Below, piece after piece: positions 58,282 through 64,000 of a DNA stretch of 64,000 bases. Where the stretch lies: positions 10,616-74,615 of IMG/VR virus record IMGVR_UViG_3300037400_008007; one strand, written 5' to 3'. Every line of letters begins with the position of its first letter. Positions within the stretch are counted from its first letter, which is position 1. The notes under the pieces were generated by a model. The model did no database searches. It had not been told where the DNA came from and saw only the letters and a list, made by a program, of their open reading frames with translations. This DNA is from a virus. Taxonomy: Duplodnaviria; Caudoviricetes. The position numbers were made by a program, and so were the translations under genes.

Positions 58282-58300
58282 ACATTATACGACATATACA

Positions 58301-58363
58301 TATTTGCTAATCAAGTTTTGAATTGTTTGCTTGGCTCACCGTCCTTGTGGCGGTGGGCTTTTT
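58301..58363 (+). terminator. anti-leader boxes followed by intrinsic terminator
   Basis: TATTTGCTA 58301-09, AAGTTTTGAATT 58313-24, hairpin GGCTCACCG/CGGTGGGCT plus T5. Confidence 0.75.
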
Positions 58364-58380
58364 GAGGTGAAAACATTTAT

Positions 58381-58483
58381 TTTTTCACAAACTTTCTTGG
58401 TCAAAAACTTGCATATTTGATAAATTATGCTTACCTTTGAAGTAGCAAATAAGATAAGTCAAACCTTTCAAAACTTAGAGATT
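58381..58483 (+). promoter_or_regulatory. early promoter/leader repeat copy 11
   Basis: CTTG 58408-11, TACCTTTG 58432-39, ATG 58484. Confidence 0.88.
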
Positions 58484-58894
58484 ATGTTACAGTCAGAATT
58501 TGAGAAACTGGTGCAGATGAACGTAAGTCCTGCAGAGTTCGAGCACATCAACGCAGTGTATATGAATAGCGATTTGTGCAAGGAAGAGTTTGCTGCGCTC
58601 TGGGTGCAAATGAACAAGACCAGAGTTAAGCAAGCGAAAGAGGAAGCAAAGGCGAAAGCCAAGGAAGAGAATCTGCGTGAGCGCCTTTGGAAAATAATCG
58701 GCAAGTATGGCTGGAAAGATTATTCATGGAAAGAGCGCACACTGGCCCACACTGCTCTCAATCAGCGTGAGGAAAAAGCCATCGAAGAGGCTGGTTTGGA
58801 GCTGAAAGAGTACAACAGCGATGCTCAACACTATTTGTATAAGAGGATGAGTACCATGCTTTGGGAAATCCGTAAGTATCTGAAAGCAGCATAA
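58484..58894 (+). CDS. hypothetical protein
   Basis: 136 aa from MLQSEFE. Confidence 0.75.
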   Translation: MLQSEFEKLVQMNVSPAEFEHINAVYMNSDLCKEEFAALWVQMNKTRVKQAKEEAKAKAKEENLRERLWKIIGKYGWKDYSWKERTLAHTALNQREEKAIEEAGLELKEYNSDAQHYLYKRMSTMLWEIRKYLKAA

Positions 58895-59082
58895 AAAGGT
58901 CATGGGGTGGCCAACCACCACCCCCAAACTATAAGATTATGGAAATGCCGAAAATCGCAGTGACTAACGAGGGCGGTAAATTCTTCTACCCTTGGGTAAT
59001 CAGAATGAATGGCCTGGCTTATGGTTCAGCAAAGACCAAAGAGAGAGAGCAGATAAGTTCGCCAAACAATTAGAAAAAGAAT

Positions 59083-59334
59083 ATGGAGAGTCTAATAATT
59101 AAGCTAAATTCAGTTGTTGCCCCACTCATAGAGGGTAACGGTAGTATGATGTCAGAGTGCAATCGCATCAAGCGACTTGCTCAAAAAGAGGTTGTCGAAT
59201 TGTACTTCTTTGATGACAAAGTGCGTATCACTGGAAAGAATAGTCGAAAGGTAAAGGTTCCAGCAAAAGCCTTAAAGAATGGTGCTGCACTCATCAGTTG
59301 GATGGAGCAGAGAATACAAACAGCGTGGAATTAA
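59083..59334 (+). CDS. hypothetical protein
   Basis: 83 aa. Confidence 0.6.
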   Translation: MESLIIKLNSVVAPLIEGNGSMMSECNRIKRLAQKEVVELYFFDDKVRITGKNSRKVKVPAKALKNGAALISWMEQRIQTAWN

Positions 59335-59346
59335 GAAAGAACGACT

Positions 59347-59580
59347 ATGAACAAGGCAAGAAGAAAGTGGCTTGAGGAAATCATCAGCAAGCTGGAAGAA
59401 CAGAAATCCGAACTGGAGAAAGTCAGAGACGAAGAGCAGGAAATGCTTGACTGTATGCCAGAGAGTTTACAGGAAAGTGAACGTGGTCAAACTATGAGTG
59501 AGAATGTGGACGAACTGGAAAACTCGATTAGCAGCCTTGATGACATCTTATCCGAGCTGCAGGGTATCGTCGATAAATGA
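59347..59580 (+). CDS. small acidic helical phage protein
   Basis: MNKARRK...EEQEMLDCMPESLQESERG. Confidence 0.7.
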   Translation: MNKARRKWLEEIISKLEEQKSELEKVRDEEQEMLDCMPESLQESERGQTMSENVDELENSISSLDDILSELQGIVDK

Positions 59581-59604
59581 GTTTGGGGCTCCGGCCTCAA
59601 ACTT

Positions 59605-59712
59605 TTTTGTAGTTTTCCTGAAAAAACTTGGTCAAAAATTTGTGTATTTGATAATTTCTTTGTACCTTTGAAATAGCAAATAAGACAAGTACCAAATTCA
59701 AAACTTAGCATT
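59605..59712 (+). promoter_or_regulatory. early promoter/leader repeat copy 12
   Basis: TTTG 59639-42, TACCTTTG 59663-70, ATG 59713. Confidence 0.9.
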
Positions 59713-60030
59713 ATGAAACACTTTTCAGTATTCCAGATTAAGGACGATGCAGCCAATGCACGTTACATCAAGTTCAGTGGTTTAGAACTTCTCGAAAGAA
59801 TGGGTCTGCGTGATCAGCTTTCAATCGACATCTATAATAAGGTGTACGAGGGTGACATCGAAGAGAACGGCACGACGGACGGAACGCTCGACAACATCTT
59901 CACCACGCTCAACATCGGCAAGAAGCCGGAAGGTTACAAGGGCCACAGTCTTTCAGTCTCGGACGTGATTAAGATGGATGGCAAGTATTACTATGTTGAT
60001 GACTACGGCTTTGAGGAAGTAAAACTTTAA
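59713..60030 (+). CDS. YodL-like domain protein
   Basis: VYEG...LDNIFTTLN...PEGYKGHSLSVSDVI...YYVDDYGF. Confidence 0.85.
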   Translation: MKHFSVFQIKDDAANARYIKFSGLELLERMGLRDQLSIDIYNKVYEGDIEENGTTDGTLDNIFTTLNIGKKPEGYKGHSLSVSDVIKMDGKYYYVDDYGFEEVKL

Positions 60031-60046
60031 TACGGAGGGCAGAGAT

Positions 60047-60238
60047 ATGGTAACAATCATCATTTTCAATACTCGCTTTATGACACGCGCAAGAAAGAAC
60101 TTCAAGACCAAGGAGCTTGCAGACGCTTTCTATGAGGCGAAGAGAGAGAAAGTAACACTGGCCTGCGAGCCGTCAGACAAGTGCTTTACCTACGTCAACG
60201 ATTGGGGTAATAAGATAATGGTTCAAAAGATGTACTAA
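60047..60238 (+). CDS. hypothetical protein
   Basis: 63 aa. Confidence 0.55.
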   Translation: MVTIIIFNTRFMTRARKNFKTKELADAFYEAKREKVTLACEPSDKCFTYVNDWGNKIMVQKMY

Positions 60239-60254
60239 CAGAAAGGAGTCAGTT

Positions 60255-60536
60255 ATGAATACCGAGACAACAAAACAAGCTGCATACGAAAGCGCAGTAG
60301 ATAAGCTCGACAAGGCATTTGCCAAGGGTGGAGTGCCAAGTATTAAGGGCTTCAAGAGAGTATTGGCAGACTACAACAGACGTATCAATGTACTGGTGGA
60401 CGGTGCTGAAATGTGCGCCAGGAACCTTGAAGATGTAAACAAGACGGAGTTGGCAATAGCTCGTCTGCAGGGCGAGAGACAGGCTTTCCAAGAGCGTTTC
60501 GACTGGTTTGCTGGCCTGTTGAACGGAAGAAAGTAA
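60255..60536 (+). CDS. hypothetical protein
   Basis: 93 aa. Confidence 0.65.
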   Translation: MNTETTKQAAYESAVDKLDKAFAKGGVPSIKGFKRVLADYNRRINVLVDGAEMCARNLEDVNKTELAIARLQGERQAFQERFDWFAGLLNGRK

Positions 60537-60540
60537 GGTT

Positions 60541-60741
60541 ATGGCAGCATACGATATTCAGATACACTTCGATTGTGAGGGCTGTACGTTTGCCGATGAG
60601 TGGGGGCGAGACTGCAAGCACGGATTGCTCTTCCCTGTACTCGCTTTCATAGCAGGGATGAGGACATGCACAAACAGAAAACCGAAAACAATAAAACAAC
60701 TAAAAGAGATAGAGCAATGCAGATTATTGAGAGACAAATAA
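60541..60741 (+). CDS. small Cys-rich protein
   Basis: CEGC...CKHGLLFPV...C. Confidence 0.6.
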   Translation: MAAYDIQIHFDCEGCTFADEWGRDCKHGLLFPVLAFIAGMRTCTNRKPKTIKQLKEIEQCRLLRDK

Positions 60742-60965
60742 ATCATGGTGGCCACAACTTTAAGTTTGACAATGGTGCTTGGGTGTGTATATGGCCGGAA
60801 GATGAGTCGTGGGAGTTCCAGAGTGATGAAGATGACGAGGAATCCTACATGAGTGGTGGTTACGAACTTGATGGGAATACCGTCGAGGGCTACGATGGCT
60901 GCTTCGAGTTGCCGAAAGAAGTACAGACCGCCTTAGAAGATTATGGCTACAAGTTGGATTTATAA
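60717..60965 (+). CDS. highly acidic hypothetical protein
   Basis: 82 aa from ATG 60717; 21 D/E versus 4 K/R. Confidence 0.65.
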   Translation: MQIIERQINHGGHNFKFDNGAWVCIWPEDESWEFQSDEDDEESYMSGGYELDGNTVEGYDGCFELPKEVQTALEDYGYKLDL

Positions 60966-60977
60966 AACGTCAATATT

Positions 60978-61148
60978 ATGGAGAAGTATCAAGTAGAGAT
61001 AGTAGAGACCCTAAAGAGGGTGGTGGAGATCGAGGCGAACAGCCAAGACGAAGCAGAGGATAAGGTGAGAGCCATGTATAAGAACAGCGAGATTGTCTTA
61101 GACGATGGCGATTTCACTGGGGTTGAGATAGAAACGCTTTCAAATTAG
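60978..61148 (+). CDS. DpnD/PcfM-like protein (56 aa, not in ORF track)
   Basis: KYQVEIVETLKRVVEIEANSQDEAEDKVRAMYKNSEIVLD. Confidence 0.8.
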   Translation: MEKYQVEIVETLKRVVEIEANSQDEAEDKVRAMYKNSEIVLDDGDFTGVEIETLSN

Positions 61149-61156
61149 CAGAGACT

Positions 61157-61393
61157 ATGAGCAGAAGATATAAGTGGTTCTTTACGGAAGAATGGGATGA
61201 GGGCGGCACCGTTCATGTTGCTGCCTATGGTCAGCGCAAGCGCAGTGAGATCGCCAGTATCAGCGACCAGATGGAGAGGTATTCACCTTATGATTATACC
61301 TGTCCGAATGAGAGCGATACCGAAGAAGAGTACAAGAGTCGTCTGCAGGCTCGTATCAAGAATGGTGCAGAAGTCAAATATTTTAACCAATAA
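61157..61393 (+). CDS. hypothetical protein
   Basis: 78 aa. Confidence 0.6.
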   Translation: MSRRYKWFFTEEWDEGGTVHVAAYGQRKRSEIASISDQMERYSPYDYTCPNESDTEEEYKSRLQARIKNGAEVKYFNQ

Positions 61394-61403
61394 AACAATA
61401 ATT

Positions 61404-61682
61404 ATGGCAAAGAAACAGTATCATTACATTTCAGTGTTCTACGGTTACGAGAACGAGAAAGGCGAGAACGCAACAGCTACATTAGCAGTGTTCTGTAGTT
61501 CAGAAACACAAGACAGCAAGGGTGGCATACCAACAATGGGGTATCTAATAAAAGTGGCAAAAGACAACTGCGAACAAAAAGGGCAGAAGTACAAGGAAGG
61601 CTCGCTTTTTATTGTTTCCATTGTGAAACTCACAAAGAGCCAGTACGACGCTCTCAATGATAGGACAGAACCAAAAGAATAG
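61404..61682 (+). CDS. hypothetical protein
   Basis: 92 aa from ATG 61404. Confidence 0.6.
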   Translation: MAKKQYHYISVFYGYENEKGENATATLAVFCSSETQDSKGGIPTMGYLIKVAKDNCEQKGQKYKEGSLFIVSIVKLTKSQYDALNDRTEPKE

Positions 61683-61687
61683 AGAGT

Positions 61688-61918
61688 ATGGAAGAAAGAA
61701 TTGTCAAGCCAGGAGAGGACTTCTCGGATGAAGTTGCACAGATGTCGGCTGGTGGCCAGCTCGAATTTGTAGCAGTAAAGAAACCGCGTGGTATAGTTAT
61801 CCGTAAGTACAAGAATGGCACTGTGAAAATCAGAATTGAAATGACGCAGGCTCAACTTGATGCAGAGATTGAAGCAGGGCTGAAAGCTCACGAAAAAGAA
61901 AAGGAGGGAAAGCCTTGA
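61688..61918 (+). CDS. hypothetical protein
   Basis: 76 aa. Confidence 0.55.
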   Translation: MEERIVKPGEDFSDEVAQMSAGGQLEFVAVKKPRGIVIRKYKNGTVKIRIEMTQAQLDAEIEAGLKAHEKEKEGKP

Positions 61919-62262
61919 CCGAATGGCGCGACTGCATATATTACCCAGACTATGCTGTGAACAACGAGGGTGAGGTGGTGCGCAAGCGTGACGGCCTTGT
62001 GATAAAGCAGTACAAGCAAAAAAGTGGTTACGTCTATGTATGGCTTAACCGAGGCTTTGGGAGAGCTTCAGTTCCAGTACATCGGCTTGTGTGCATCGCC
62101 TTTCATGGTGAAGAGGGTTATCGCCAAGGGTTGTACGTTGACCATATTAACACCATAAGGCATGACAACAGGGCAGAAAACTTGCGCTGGGTAACACCTC
62201 TTGAAAATGCGAATAATGAACAAACGAAAATTAACAGAAAGCAAAAGAAGGAATCAGTATGA
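61915..62262 (+). CDS. NUMOD4-HNH endonuclease
   Basis: YAVNNEG, VHRLVCIAF, VDHINTIRHDNRAENLRW. Confidence 0.88.
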   Translation: MTEWRDCIYYPDYAVNNEGEVVRKRDGLVIKQYKQKSGYVYVWLNRGFGRASVPVHRLVCIAFHGEEGYRQGLYVDHINTIRHDNRAENLRWVTPLENANNEQTKINRKQKKESV

Positions 62263-62423
62263 ATACGAATAAAACAGAAGATGAAATCTATGCTCTCTAC
62301 GACCAATGTGTGGAATACGAGAACAAAGATATTTCAAAATTCCCCGGCATGACCTATGAGCAGGGTGTCAAAGCTACAATAGCGTGGTTGTTTGATGGTT
62401 GCGAAAACCCTTTAGATGATTAA
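62259..62423 (+). CDS. small hypothetical protein (54 aa, not in ORF track)
   Basis: SKFPGMTYEQGV...WL. Confidence 0.6.
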   Translation: MNTNKTEDEIYALYDQCVEYENKDISKFPGMTYEQGVKATIAWLFDGCENPLDD

Positions 62424-62435
62424 CTGGCGAATAAG

Positions 62436-62774
62436 ATGACTGAACAGATGAGACAAGCCTTGGATAAAGAGGCTGAAGAGTGTAAGCAAGACTACATAGA
62501 GAACAACGCAGAACCTTGTGTTGGTGATGTGTCATACTTCATCAGGGAGGGCGCAGACTGGTATCGTAATAACGTGTGGCATGATGTATCGAGAGAACTG
62601 CCAGACAAAGGTAAGGCAGTATTGGCTACCACCATGTCGCCTAAAGGCCGTGGTATCATGGAAGGTGGTGTCACAATGGTAACCGACCGTGGGCTGCTGG
62701 AGGTAGACCATAAAGGCACATTTAAGAAGTGGGCCTACATTGAAGATTTGCTACCAGACAGAACGGACAGCTAA
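62436..62774 (+). CDS. hypothetical protein
   Basis: 112 aa; VWHD...LP and KWAYIEDLLP motifs. Confidence 0.65.
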   Translation: MTEQMRQALDKEAEECKQDYIENNAEPCVGDVSYFIREGADWYRNNVWHDVSRELPDKGKAVLATTMSPKGRGIMEGGVTMVTDRGLLEVDHKGTFKKWAYIEDLLPDRTDS

Positions 62775-64000
62775 ATTCCTGTTTCCTCAACAATCGCGTC
62801 CATGCTTTTTGTCGAGGCAGCGGCATCGAGTACCTTGCGTATGGCGGCATCAGCCATACGCTTGTTTACTCTCATGTAGGCTCCTATCACTTTACGGTTA
62901 GTTGTGACCGCATCACCAATACAGAACTCGATGATACTGTCTTTTATCATCAGTTCATTAGCCATTTGGGCGAACGTCTTTCTTGCAGAGTAATAAATCA
63001 AGCGTCTCTTGATACCGCATTGTTCAGCAACCATAGGCATATACCTGTTAAGCATAGCGCTGTAGCCGACGAAAGTTTTGGACTTGTCATTGAAAACAAA
63101 CTTGCCGTCCTTATAAATTCTATCAAGAATGGCTCTCGCTTCCGGCTGGATTGTAAACTCTGTAGCAAGTTCATCGGGCCTGCGGTTCATTGTCTTATGT
63201 CGTAAGAAATGGAGATAGTCGCCCGAGTAGTCCATGCGAAGCATATCTATAAGGTTCATGCCACAAAGGTAGAAAGATAGCATGAAGAGGTCACGTACAT
63301 AAGCCAACTGTTTGGCAAATTTACCAGTAAACACCTTGTCTCTTATGGTGCGCAACTCTTCAACACTGACAGCAATGTTTCGGGATAGTGATTTTGGTTC
63401 CTCGAAATCAGCAAAGGGGTAAACCTCATATTCAACATACTTATGCCGTACAGCATAGTTGATAATCTCACGCAGGACTTGGAAGTATATACTTTGGGTC
63501 GATGCGTTCTGACCGTCCTTTGTCATGAAGTCTCTGAAAGCATAGAGGGTCTTTGAGTCGAGATTTTTAAGGAAGAAAGCATCATCGAAGAAGCGCTTTA
63601 TTTCACGAACAGCAAACGATACTATTCTCATAGTGCCAGACGACACACCTTTCTCTTTATTCGTGACAAATTCATCAATAATAGCATAAAGTGTTTTGGG
63701 TTCACCACCTTTAATCTTTGTCTCGATCTGACTTAGGAGTTGGGAGCAGGAGAGGTAGTCGGTATCTTCCATTTCGTCATAAGCCTTATAGATGTCGGTC
63801 ATTCTCTGGAGTAACTTTTGGTTCATGTAGTTGGCATTTGGTATTCCAACAACATTCCCATTTGTCACGTTCTTTGGAGAGGGAACAACAAACCGAGTCA
63901 GAAAATAGCGCGTTGTTCCTCGGTGGGACATCGCTATTCTGACGCGGTGAGTTCCGTCCGCAAGAGCCTTGGCTGGCAGTATCGTTACTTTGAGGTTCAT
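62771..64000 (-). CDS. int: tyrosine integrase (Bacteroidales type)
   Basis: Arm-binding N-terminus, SAM-like core, FMLSFYLCGMN, RHKT, YSARKTFA, C-terminal Tyr. Confidence 0.88.
   Translation of the reverse strand: MNLKVTILPAKALADGTHRVRIAMSHRGTTRYFLTRFVVPSPKNVTNGNVVGIPNANYMNQKLLQRMTDIYKAYDEMEDTDYLSCSQLLSQIETKIKGGEPKTLYAIIDEFVTNKEKGVSSGTMRIVSFAVREIKRFFDDAFFLKNLDSKTLYAFRDFMTKDGQNASTQSIYFQVLREIINYAVRHKYVEYEVYPFADFEEPKSLSRNIAVSVEELRTIRDKVFTGKFAKQLAYVRDLFMLSFYLCGMNLIDMLRMDYSGDYLHFLRHKTMNRRPDELATEFTIQPEARAILDRIYKDGKFVFNDKSKTFVGYSAMLNRYMPMVAEQCGIKRRLIYYSARKTFAQMANELMIKDSIIEFCIGDAVTTNRKVIGAYMRVNKRMADAAIRKVLDAAASTKSMDAIVEETGI

Noticed and set aside
58939-59101. Small ORF possibly frameshifted at a GA dinucleotide run (59041-49)
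   Set aside because: Removing one GA gives a plausible longer helix, but there is no homolog evidence; too speculative
12601-59712. Repeats as a CRISPR array, integron attC sites or invertible promoters
   Set aside because: Spacing is kilobases and irregular; no cas genes; repeats are not palindromic, all are co-oriented, and none has flanking inverted repeats
1-64000. Stop-codon reassignment as in some Prevotella/crAss-like phages
   Set aside because: Code 11 gives dense, full-length genes, and TAG, TGA and TAA all end genes
1-64000. Terminase, replisome, repressor, pfs, att site
   Set aside because: No recognisable motifs in the window; probably outside it, so absence from the phage is not claimed

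Overview
This window is a 64-kb segment of a temperate, tailed (siphovirus-like) phage or prophage of a Bacteroidales host, probably Prevotella-like. The host call rests on TAnnTTTG promoters, A-rich leaders without a Shine-Dalgarno sequence, and the gene families present. Nearly all genes are on the + strand. Order: tail module with tape measure (1-10.9 kb), DNA methyltransferase, first block of early cassettes (12.6-25.8 kb), head/portal module (26-31.5 kb), fibre/adhesin genes and a diversity-generating retroelement (DGR; 31.5-44.4 kb), accessory genes, lysis cassette (48.7-52.8 kb), second block of early cassettes (53.4-62.8 kb), and a - strand tyrosine integrase at the window edge. No terminase, replisome or repressor lies inside the window. 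Main observations: (1) twelve copies of one promoter plus 5'-leader element, and three intergenic 3'-end elements antisense to the invariant leader boxes, a candidate antisense-controlled early regulon; (2) a DGR with one template and two variable repeats, the second in a remote non-structural gene, with no avd and an RT carrying a C-terminal extension; (3) intact metK and luxS inserted between holin and endolysin; (4) a ~500-nt structured non-coding stretch beginning with a tRNA-type T-arm; (5) a separate late-promoter motif. All product calls come from motif recognition by eye; no database search was run.
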